Part shown: positions 1 through 10,800 of the stretch, piece by piece
Layout: each line of letters starts with the position of its first letter
Position numbering within the stretch: position 1 is the first letter of the stretch
The notes under the pieces: generated by a model
Told to the model about the DNA's origin: nothing
Seen by the model: only the letters and a program-made list of their open reading frames with translations
The model's database searches: none
Assembly (NCBI RefSeq): GCF_006345805.1
Contig: NC_043018.1
Span: forward strand, 6,324,001 to 6,388,000
From: Octopus sinensis
Taxonomy: Eukaryota
Length of the DNA: 64,000 nucleotides
Direction: 5' to 3'
Translations under genes and position numbers: made by a program

Positions 1-388
1 GCAGTTTGTTCCATGCTTCAGCAGCTCTTAGCGTGAAAAAATGTTTCCGAAAGTCATGGGAGCTGTGCTATTTTCAGACTTTGTAAACATATCCACAGGT
101 GTTAGACAGGTGGAGTTTGAAAAGGTGCTCAGAGTTTCTTCTATTTTTAATTATTTAAATTCTACCTTTGAGGAAGGATGCAGTGCTCCAACAACTAACA
201 ACTGATGCCAGCAGTTTGTTCCATACTTCAGCAACTCTTAGTGTGAAAAAATGTTTCCGAAAGTCATGGGAGCTGTGCTGTTTTCTGACTTTGTAAACAT
301 GTCCATGGGTGTTAGACAGGTGGAGTTTGAAAAGGTGCTCAGAGTTTCTTCTGTTTTTGATTATTTAAATTCTACCTTTGAGGAAGGA
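1..388 (-). repeat. 210-bp tandem duplication of a CR1 fragment
   Basis: 1-178 repeats at 211-388; both match 14288-14460, with gaagga microhomology at the junction. Confidence 0.85.
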
Positions 389-640
389 ATTGGTTTCTAA
401 CAAAGATACAAAGCTTCATCCTTCAAACGTAAATAACAAAAGCAATGTCACATTCTAAACTTGAGAAAACTCTTGCATATTTTTACTGTTTCACTTACAG
501 ATTGTATTTTTAACGTATGAGTCAAATGGTTGATTTCTTTTTCTGAAAACCCTACTTTATCCAGCTTGTCACGTAGACATTTACTCACAAAACCAAGTGC
601 ATCAATTATTATTGGTATAAATGTGAATATATTTATTCAC

Positions 641-1120
641 AGGAGTGGCTGTGTGGTAAGTAGCTTGCTTACCAACCACATGGTTCCGGGTTCAGTCCGA
701 CTACGTGGCACCTTGGGCAAGTGTCTTCTACTTTAGCCTCGGGCCGACCAAAGCCTTGTGGGTGGATTTGGTAGACGGAAACTGAAAGAAGCCCGTCGTA
801 TATATTTTATCCAGTTTCAGCTCACGAGCTGTGGCCATGCTGCGGGCAGGATTAATATATGTATATATATATATATATATGTACACATATGTGTGTATGT
901 TTGTATCTGTGTTCCCCCCACCCCCGCCAACATCGCTTGACAATCGATGCTGGTGTGTTTACATCCCCGTAACTTAGCGGTTCGGCATGAGAGACATATA
1001 GAATAAGTACTAGACTTACAAAGAATAAGTCCTGGGGTCGATTTGCTGAACTAAAGGCAGTGCTCCAGCATGGCCACAGTCAAATGCCTGAAACAAGTAA
1101 TAGAGTAAAAGAGTAAAGAG
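641..1120 (+). mobile_element. SINE family A: tRNA-like head, internal (TA)n/(TG)n, 3' body ending gagtaaaagag (representative copy)
   Basis: Head aggagtggctgtgtggtaag...ggttcagtc with A/B-box-like motifs. Further copies at ~8950-9350(-), 12170-12542(-), 19598-20007(-), 39365-39745(+), 44150-44750(-), 56085-56500(+), 57270-57870(+, duplicated head) and others. Confidence 0.85.
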
Positions 1121-1521
1121 TCTATAATCTAAATATAGAAACTGGAGGTATGGTAGGTGTATATGTATTAGTTTATTCTTCCACTCTTTTCTCGTCCATT
1201 TTTCCCATCCTAGTATTGATTGAACCAATAAATATTAGAGGCATTGTTTGTTTGTTTTTTTATAGGTGTCTGCCCTTTCCATAGCTTATCCCTACCTGTT
1301 CTACTAGTAAGGTACTTTTTGTTCCATTACAGAGTTAGTAGATGCTTTGGTTGACAGGCAATGTCACAATATACACATTCACACTGACACAAATATATAC
1401 ATATAGGTGTGTGTGTGTGTGTGTATATTTATATATATATATGTGTGTGTGTGTTTGCCTGTGTATGTGTGAGTGTGTATATATATATATATATATTTAT
1501 GTATTTGTGTATGTATGTATC

Positions 1522-1553
<32 letters not shown>

Positions 1554-1554
<1 letters not shown>

Positions 1555-1822
1555 TTATATAAAAGGGCTTAGTAAAATAAATACTTTGCCGCATACTGAA
1601 CTCGTTAGAAATAGCAGCTAAAAAACTATTTCTAACACTTAAAGAAAACCTCTCTCATATAGTGTTTGCTCAATTCAACTCAAGAAAGAAATTGAGTTGA
1701 ATTGAGCAAACACTATATGAGAGAGGTTTTCTTTAAGTGTTAGAAATAGTTTTTTTAGCTGCTATTTCTAACGAGTTCAGTATGCGGCAAAGTAATTATT
1801 TTACTAAGCCCTTTTATATAAT
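1554..1822. repeat. Near-perfect fold-back palindrome (130/131-bp arms, 8-nt loop)
   Basis: 1554-1683 is the reverse complement of 1692-1822 with one substitution and one 1-nt indel; loop gaaagaaa. Confidence 0.95.
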
Positions 1823-2190
1823 GTAATAATTTGAATTTGCCTTAAATGGTCCCTTTGCATACTGAATACTTGGTGAAATTGATTAATTAATTAATTAATT
1901 TTACCCTCAATTGTTGAAATTATATATATATATATATATATTTGTTGTGCAAGATTTTTTATGTGAAGTCGTGTGTTGAAAAATGACCATTCCGAAATAC
2001 AACAATATATATATACATATATAGAATGGTTGTATACTGTCAATCTAACAAGAACGTGACAGTAGGGGGTACACCACCGTTGTATAGCCCTAGGAGGCAT
2101 CGAACGCCTCCTGACAGCTTCCACACATTTTTTGTCCTGTGTCCTTATATACATATACGAAGGGGAGACAAACACCCCTGGCCGTCGGAA

Positions 2191-2248
2191 CTGCATCTAG
2201 GGACACCGTGTTTCAGGATCATTGTCCTTCATCGGCCTAGAGTAGCAG
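2191..2248 (-). ncRNA. Type I hammerhead ribozyme fold (U4C core variant)
   Basis: Minus strand: CTGC-tact-CTAGG [CCGATGA] AGGA-caatga-TCCT [GAAA] CAC-G-GTG-T-C CCTAG-at-GCAG. Stems I, II and a palindromic stem III all pair; GUC triplet, predicted cut between 2202 and 2201. Confidence 0.75.
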
Positions 2249-3175
2249 ACACCGGTCGGCTGGTGATATTTGCCTCGACTTCATAACTGTATATATTTAT
2301 ACTCAGTGAAGTTTATTCACTGATTATCAAAATAAGAAATATTGAATTTCTAAATCTCTCGTAGAGACATGTACGGTGGTGGGGCGATAGAATGGTTGTA
2401 TACTCCCCTTCGTATATGTATATAAGGACACAGGAAAAAAAATGTGTCGAAGCTGTCAGGAGGCGTTCGATGCCTCCTAGGGCTATACAACGGTGGTGTA
2501 CCCCCTACTGTCACGTTCTTGTTAGATTGACAGTATACAACCATTCTATCGCCCCCACCACCATACATGTCTCTACGAGAGATTTAGAAATTCAATATTT
2601 CTTATATATATATATATATAATATTAATTAGAGACAAAACAAATAAAGAAAGACTTAATCCAATACATAAAAAATTTTTATATAAATTAAATATAATATT
2701 AATTATATTTAATTTATATAAAATTTTTTATGTATTGGATTAAGTCTTTCTTTATTTGATTTGCATAATAGTAGTTTTGTCTCTAATTAATATTATATTA
2801 TATTTTACTATAAAATTGGATTCAATCCTAAATCTGATTTTTCCCTGTAAATTTGGATTTATTCCCTAATATTTATTATTATATATATATATATATATAT
2901 AGATATAATAAGGGTAGAAATTGATATTAATCAATTAAAACCAGTAGCTTAGCATATTTAGAAAAATTCAAAGATTAAAAATTGTGTTACATACAAAATT
3001 TAGAGGACTGACCACTAAAGTGGACAGCCTATATGCTAAACATAGATGTCAAATCACCATTACCACGAATAATGTGTTCTCAAGAAAAATTTTGTGTATA
3101 TATATATATATATAAAGGCGGTGCTCCAGCATGGCCACAGTCACATGACTGAAACAAGTAAAAGAGTATAAAGAG

Positions 3176-3243
<68 letters not shown>

Positions 3244-3749
3244 TTGTGTGTGTCTGTATGTATGGGCAAAAGCATGGTTGTGTAGTTAAGAAGTTTGTTT
3301 CCCTACCTCGTAGTCCCAGGTTCAGTCTCACTGTGTGACACCTTTGGCAAATGCCTTCCACTATAAACTTCAAGCCAGCCAAAGCCTTGTGAGAGGATTT
3401 AGTAGATGGAAGCTGGCAACTAAGGGCCTCTCGCTCAGGATGAAAGGTAGACTGTATGATGCATGTGTGTGAACTGCCATGATACTGGAAGTGAAACATT
3501 GGCCATGACTTATTTCTTTATTGCCCACAAGGGGCTAAACATAGAGAGGACAAACAAGGACCGACAAAGGATTTAAGTCGATTATATCGACCCAGTGTGT
3601 AACTGGTACTTAATTTATCAACCCTGAAAGGATGAAAGCTAAAGTCGACCTCGGTGGAATTTGAACTCAGAACGTAAATACAAACAAAATACCGCTAAGC
3701 ATTTCACCCGGCGTGCTAACGATTCTGCCTTCAAACATGGGCCATGACT

Positions 3750-4085
3750 GCTGAGGACATGCTGCTGGATGTATAATGTCAGTGTGCATATACGACAGAG
3801 TGTGAGTGCCCTGAGAGAAAAGTTGGACATGAGAAGCATCAAATGTGATGTACAAGAGAGACAACCGCGCTGGTATGGTCATGTGTTATGTATGGATGAG
3901 GACAGTTGTGTGTGGAAGTGCCACAGCCTAACTGTGGAAGGAACCTGTGGAAGAGGTAGACCCAGGAAGACATGGGATGAGGTGGTGAAGCATGTCCTTT
4001 GAACATTGGGCCTCACAGAAGCAATGATAGAAGACAAAGACCTTTGGAGATATACTGTGATTGAGAAGAGCCAGCAACTAAAGTG
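3750..4085 (+). mobile_element. RTE (BovB-like) LINE 3' fragment
   Basis: RWYGHVLCMD...GRGRPRKTWDEVV...DLWR, the RTE C-terminal signature. Confidence 0.85.
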
Positions 4086-5043
4086 TTGGACACCCATGAT
4101 GCATTGGGTGATATGATAGGCTTGACAAGATCTGTTGAATCAAGTAAAACCAAAATCATAGCTGTGGCCAGTGCCCATGGACTGACTCCCATGCTAATTC
4201 CATGTAAAAAGCATGATCAGAACGTGGCCGATGCCAGTGTCCTCTGACTGGCTCCCGTGCTGGTGGCATGTAAAAAGCACTATCCAAACATGATCAATGC
4301 CAAGCCCGCCTGACTGGCTCCTGTGCCAGTGGTACATAAAAAGCACCCACTACACTGCATCAAGCTGTAGAAACATTGCCAGATCAGATTGGATCCTGGT
4401 GCAGCTGCTGGCTTTCCAGACCTCAATCAAACCATCCAACCCATGCCAGCATGGTAAACAGACGTTAAATGATGATGATGATATATATGTGTGTGTGCGT
4501 GTGCGTGTGTGTGTGTGTGAGAGAGGGTTGCAGGAGAGGTTAAAGCCCACTGACCATTAGGGTCAGACAAGACGTGTAAAGCACTTTATGGAGGCAAAAT
4601 CCTTAGAAACCCTATGAAACGGCCATAACTAACATTCTCTAAATCATCATCATCATCGTTTAGCGTCTGCTTTCCATGCTAGCATGGGTTGGACGGTTCA
4701 ACTGGGGTCTGGGAAGCCAGAAGGCTGCACCAGGCCCAGTCTGATCTGGCAGTGTTTCTATGGCTGGATGCCCTTCCTAACACCAACCACTCCGTGAGTG
4801 TAGTGGGTGCTTTTTACGTGCCACACGAGGCTAGCAAACGGCCACGATCGGATGGTGCTTTTTACGTGCCACCGGCATATATATAAGAAGGAAAAGGGAT
4901 TAAAAAATCCAGGTAGATATCCATAAGGCACTCAGTTTTAAGTGAATTAGGCTAACTATATCAAACAATCAGACACCAATAAATGCAAGTAGATTAAACA
5001 TCCAAGCTAATTCCTCCTGTATGACAAGGGGATCTAAATATTG

Positions 5044-5478
5044 GGATCTTTTTGGTTTGAATGGCAGTTTTTTCTAGCAGTGACATATGAAATTGTCACC
5101 CATAATTATGACCCTAGTATCGATCTATTGCATTTCAATCTGTTTTAGGGTTAGAGTTAGTTAGGATTAGGGTTAGGGGTGGGAAGAAAGGGTATTTTTT
5201 TTTTCTTCAGAAATGTAAATAAACCCAATCTGTTTCTTAAACGAGAGACATATTCATATGGCACAGAATGTTTTTTACTTCAATTGAAGTCAGTGATTGG
5301 TTGAAATTGCAGAAATTGAAGAAAAAAAAACAACAAATATCTTACAAACTATAGAATTTTCTCAGTAAAGCCAAGAGAAAAAGATGTTTTATAAACACAT
5401 TCTACCAGTATACAAAGTTTAAAAGTGTTTAGTTACCTAGAAATTATGTTAAAAACTGCATTCAAACCGAAAAGATCC
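5044..5478. mobile_element. MITE with GG ends, 8-bp TSD and internal TTAGGG-like repeats (superfamily uncertain, Merlin or hAT)
   Basis: ~28-bp TIRs ggatctttttggtttgaatggcagttttt / aaaaactgcattcaaaccgaaaagatcc; TSD aaatattg (5036-5043, 5479-5486). Confidence 0.85.
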
Positions 5479-5541
5479 AAATATTGTTTGGAAGAATTTC
5501 AAGAAATTCTGAGTATAAGCCAACAAAAATTCATATTTTTC

Positions 5542-5578
<37 letters not shown>

Positions 5579-6120
5579 CCATGTAAAAACACTCAGTTCA
5601 CTCTGTAAAGTGGTTGGTGTTAGGAAGGGCATCCAGCCGTAGAAGCTAAGCCATTCAGACTGAAGATGTTGCAGCTTCCCAGTTTGCTAGCTCTGGTCAA
5701 ACTGTCCAACCCATGCCAGCATGGACAACAGTCGTTAAATGAGAATGACGACAACGACGATGACAATGATGATGATGATGATGATGATGATATACATGTA
5801 TGTGATGAAATCTGTCGAAGATGATGTGTGAGTGTTCACCTTTTGCCAAACGACCTGCACAAATGATTTGCTTACAGTAATCAAATGTCATGTGTTGCAC
5901 ATCAGTTCACTCACTTCATCTACTTCACCTTGCTTGTACAGGTGTGCAAGCGTGCCACACATCATCTGTTGAAACAGCTGCAATGCAACGTGAAATGAAG
6001 TGTTTTGCTCAAGAACATAATGCATTGCCCAGTCTGGGAATCAGAACCCGTGATCTGGTGATCATGAGTGCAACACCTTAACCACTGAGCCATATACCTT
6101 CTCGCGTACGTGCACACACA

Positions 6121-6154
<34 letters not shown>

Positions 6155-6187
6155 TAAATACATATATTGTGTGTATGTCTGTATATA

Positions 6188-6755
6188 TTGTGTTGTCCGG
6201 AATTTCGTGCCGATTTTTAAAGGAAAGAAAAAGGTCAATAAATACTTGCCATTACAATTTTAATCAACCAAATATGAACCATTTTGTTGTTGCACAATGT
6301 GTCTCCATCTTTCCTTTAACTTGAAAATACTTTCTTCCCAGAATTGAGGTGGTTTCATGGCAAAGAATTCATCAAGGTATCTTTTTATGTCATCCAAGGA
6401 ATTGAAATTTTTACCATTAAGACTATTCGGCAGAGACCTGAATAAGTGGAAATTCAAAGGAGCAATATCTGGTGAATACGGAGGGTGGGGTAACACATCC
6501 CAGCCAAGCTGCAGCAATTTTTGTCTGGTTCCCAAAGCATCAAGTGCCGAAAATGAACTTTCTTATCTTCCATTTTAAAGGGTTACAGAATTAACACAGA
6601 TTATAGGAGCATAAATCTTCTTCCACGAAAAGATAGCTTAAACTGTGCTCTAAATGGAGGTGTAGTCAAATCCTATTTTATGGACTCAACCATGTTCTAA
6701 AATAAGACGAAATGTAAGCTACTATAAATCGGCATGAACTTTCCGGACAACCTAA
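6188..6755 (-). mobile_element. Internally deleted mariner (568 bp)
   Basis: TIRs ttgtgttgtccggaatttcgtgccgattt and aaatcggcatgaactttccggacaacctaa, TA on both flanks. N-terminal MEDKKVHFRHLMLWE (ATG 6573) is joined out of frame to the C-terminal LGWDVLPHPPYSPDIAP..FHLF segment. Confidence 0.9.
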
Positions 6756-6999
6756 TACATTTACTCGAGCCATCCTTGCTACATTTACCCACTTTTCAAC
6801 GAACTTACTGAGAGACTGCACCCCCTCTCCATCCTCATTTTTCTTTCTAAGTAGAACCTGAAAATGTCAATGAAGGCTTGGTCAAAGCAGAAAGTGCCTG
6901 TCTTCAGCACTTTTATTCACATCCACCACACTTCATTCACTATAGCCACCATACAGTGAAAAACCTTTTGTCCTTCCCAGCCAAAGAAAGGCAATGATT

Positions 7000-7265
7000 C
7001 TAAGGCACTTCGATTCTAATCCTTGTTTCCACACTTGAAACTTCTTCTCTAGTTCTGATAGTTACTCAGCAATTAGAGCAAGGTCATCAGCATAGAGGAG
7101 CTCCCAGGGGCATCCTGTCTTGAATTCCTCCGTTCTTGCCTGGAGGACTATGATAAATAGGAGGGGGCTGAGGACTGAACCTTGGTGGACCCCTACCTCT
7201 ACCCTGAATTCTTCAGTGTACTCGTTGCCAACCCTCACCTTACTTACGGCATCCCTGTCCATGGG
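7000..7265 (-). mobile_element. RTE LINE reverse-transcriptase core fragment
   Basis: VGVHQGSVLSPLLF and ELLYADDL (RT motifs including YADD). Confidence 0.9.
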
Positions 7266-10200
7266 CTTGCACAGCTCTCACTAACCATTCATCTATCCCT
7301 CTGTGTGTATGTGTGTGTGTATATATTTATATATATTTGTTTGCATGTGTGTATATGTAAAGTGATTTTATTGTGTCTTTTCCAGTCAAGTGAAAATGAG
7401 TCATTTGTTCCATCTTCGTTATGTGTATCAACAACATTCATTATTACTATTGCCATAATCATTAATGTGTGTGTGTGAATGTGTGTATGTGTGTGTGTGT
7501 GTGTACGTATGTGTTTTCACTTTTGCATCTCTTGCGATAAACAAGTGGAAGTAGCAACATCCAAGCGGTTGCTCGACCTGCAAGAAATAGCAGCTAAATG
7601 TCTTGCCGACCTTTCTGCAATGTCTTAGAAGAAAACAATAAAGAAAAAAGAAGGACGCATTGTGATTCATTGTACGAAGCCTCATGCTGTTTCTGAAGAA
7701 AATAGACACCAGATGATCTCAGCTTCAATACTTTCCTTCATAGAGCTGCTCGGTGCAGACAGCCTAGGGTTATACAGCTACAACGACAACAACAACGGCA
7801 ACAACAACCACAGCAACAAAACAACATCTCCAGGCCTCAAACAAATAAGTCTTAATAAGTGTCTTTTAGCTTTATCAGCTGAAAACGAGGAGACGTTTGT
7901 TGTATCTTCGTTATCTTTACAAAAATCATTCATTATCTCTGTTGCTATTATCGTTATGATAATGCTTATCACTGTCTTTATCATCACCTACCTCTTCCAC
8001 CTCTTCTTCATCATCATCATCATCATCGTTGTCATTGTCTTTACCATCATCATCATCATTGTCGTCGTCATCTTCATCATCATTATTTATCTGTTTTAAT
8101 AGCCGTGAAGCTGCCAGCACATATATCATTACTATTATAATATTTGCATTGTTGTTGGTTTGTATTATACAATCTGTTACAAGTCTCACCCAGAGACCTC
8201 AAATAACAACAGGGTGTTTTACTAAGGGTGTTATTTATAATTAGCAATGATGTATTCATCATCATCATCATCATTTAATGTCCATTGTCCATGCTGGCAT
8301 GGGTTGCATGGTTTGACCAGGGCTGATAAGCTGGAAGGTTGCACCAGACTCCAGTCTGATTTGGCATGGTTTTCTAAGGCTGGATTCCCTTCCTAACTCA
8401 AACCACTCCGAAAATGCAAAGGGTGCTACTGGCACGGGTGCCATTTGTCTGACCCCAGTATCTACCACAACTCTGATTTTACTTGGCTGGCATCTTGGCG
8501 TTAGGAAGGGCATCCAGCTATAGAAACATTGCCAGATCAGACTGGGCCTGGTGCAGCCTTCTTGCTTCCCAGACCCCAGTTGAACCGTCCAACCCATGCT
8601 AGCATGGAAAGCGGATGCTAAATGATGATGATGATGATGATGGCTCTTCTTCTCAAGCACAACATAATGCCAAAGGTCTCGGTCATTCGTCATTGCCTCC
8701 GTGCGTCCCATCACTTGAAAGGAGTTCTTCATTTGCCACTGGCATTGGCCACTTTGCTTCCATGAGGCCCAACACTCAAAAGGTGCTTTTTACATGCCAC
8801 CTGAATGGGTGCCAGTTACGTGACACCAGCCTCAACCATGGCTATGATTCCACTTGGCTTGGTGGGTCTTCTCAAGCACAGCATATTTTCCAAGTTCTCA
8901 TTCACTGGTCATTGCCTCTGCGAGGCCTAAAGTTCGAAGATCATGTATTACTCTTTTACTCTTTTACTTGTTTCAGTCATTTGACTGCAGCCATGCTGGA
9001 GCACCGCCTTTAGTCGAGCAAATCAACATTGGGACTTATTCTTTGTAAGCCCAGTACTTATTCTATCCGTCTCTTTTGCCAAACCGCTAAGTGACGGGGA
9101 CGTAAACACACCAGCATCGGTTGTCAAGCAACACTAGGGAAACAAACACAGACACACAAACATACACACACACACACATACATATACATATATACGACAG
9201 GCTTCTTTCAGTTTCCGTCTACCAAATCCACTCGCAAGGCATTGGTCGGCCCGAGGCTATAGCAGAAGACACTTGCCCAAGATGCCACGCAGTGGGACTG
9301 AACCTGGAACCATGTGGTTGGTAAGCAAGCTACTTATCACACAGCCACTCGTAAGGAATAATTATTAATATTGCTATTATTATTACAATTAAGGCAACAA
9401 ATGGCAGAATTGTTTAAATGAACCACTACCCCATTATCACCCCACTTTCCTCAGTTTCTACAGCTGGATGCCCTTCCTAATGCCAACCACTATACAGTGT
9501 GTGCTGGGTGCTTTTACATGGCACCACCACAAGCACTTTTACATGGCACCACCACAAGTGCTTTAAACCATCAGAAGGATCAGTCTTAACACTTCTACTG
9601 TGGAGTACAGGTCTTCCTGAGTACCGCAAGGTGCCAAGTTTCTCGGTCCTTGAACCTTTCCAATACCTCGATGGAGGGGCAATACTGCCCACTTTGGGAA
9701 CCACTGCTCCAATCCACTCAGCTTGCAAAAATGAATAATCCTGTGACAGGCCAACATGCCATCCAGTGGGTAAATATATAGGCCTTGAAACTGGGAAACA
9801 CGCCCTTATGAGTTAGTATGACTTGAGAAGGTAACTTTACCTTTTTTACCCTTGTCTTTCTGGTCCTCAAGCACGTCTTTAGAGTGTCCTTATAACTGCC
9901 CATTTAAAGTATCAGAGTAGAAGCTGTCTCATTGCACCATCTGAAACCACCTTTCTGGCAGTTGTTTGATCCCTTTGAGTTCTTGTCCTCTGAACAGTTG
10001 GCAGCCTTGGTGCCTGGCACCAGAGCTAAGCTGACCATAGTAGAGGGCTGGCAAGAGTCTTCCATGTGTACCACATGGCTAAACCATCTCAGCTGTGCTT
10101 TGCTAAAGAGACTCTCAATGCCAGGAATGATACACCTTGTCAGAACGTCTTTATTGGGGACTTTGTCCTACCACTTGATGATGCAAATCAAATGAAAGTA

Positions 10201-10589
10201 ACAGAGATTGAATGTATCTAGCCATTTAATATGGCACTTGGAAAGTATCCATGTTCCACAGGCATGTAAGGGAGGGGTGAGAGAGCGAGAGAGAGAAAGT
10301 ACCATAGATATATAATCATCATCATCATCATCATTATTTAATATCCGTTATCCATGCTGGCATGGGTTGGACCAGAGCTGGCAAGCTGGGGAGCTGCACT
10401 AGACTCCAGCCTGATTTGGCATGGCTTCTACAGCAGGATGCCCTTCCTAATGCTAACCACTTTACAGAGTGTGCCATGTGCTTTTACATGGCACTGCACA
10501 AGTGCCTTTGTGTGTCACCACACGGGCACTTTTGCGTGTCGCTGCATGGACACTTTTACGTGACACCACCACAAGTGCTTTAAAACATT

Positions 10590-10800
10590 AGAAGGATCAG
10601 TCTTAACCCTTCTACTGTGGAGTACAGGTCTTCCTGAGTACGGCAAAGCACCAAGTTTTTTGGTCCTTTGTCATCTCACCTGAGAGTTTCAGCATCCTGA
10701 GATTGTTCTTTAGTACTTGATTCCATGTCTTCTTGGGTCTCTTCTAATGTGTTCCATCCACTTTGAGAGATTGGTGCTTCTTTATGGAGTTGTTAGCATC
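10590..10800 (-). mobile_element. RTE LINE 3' fragment
   Basis: Minus strand RPKKTWNQVL..NLRML.L..MTKDQKTW; similar fragments near 8650-8730 and 23580-23680. Confidence 0.65.
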
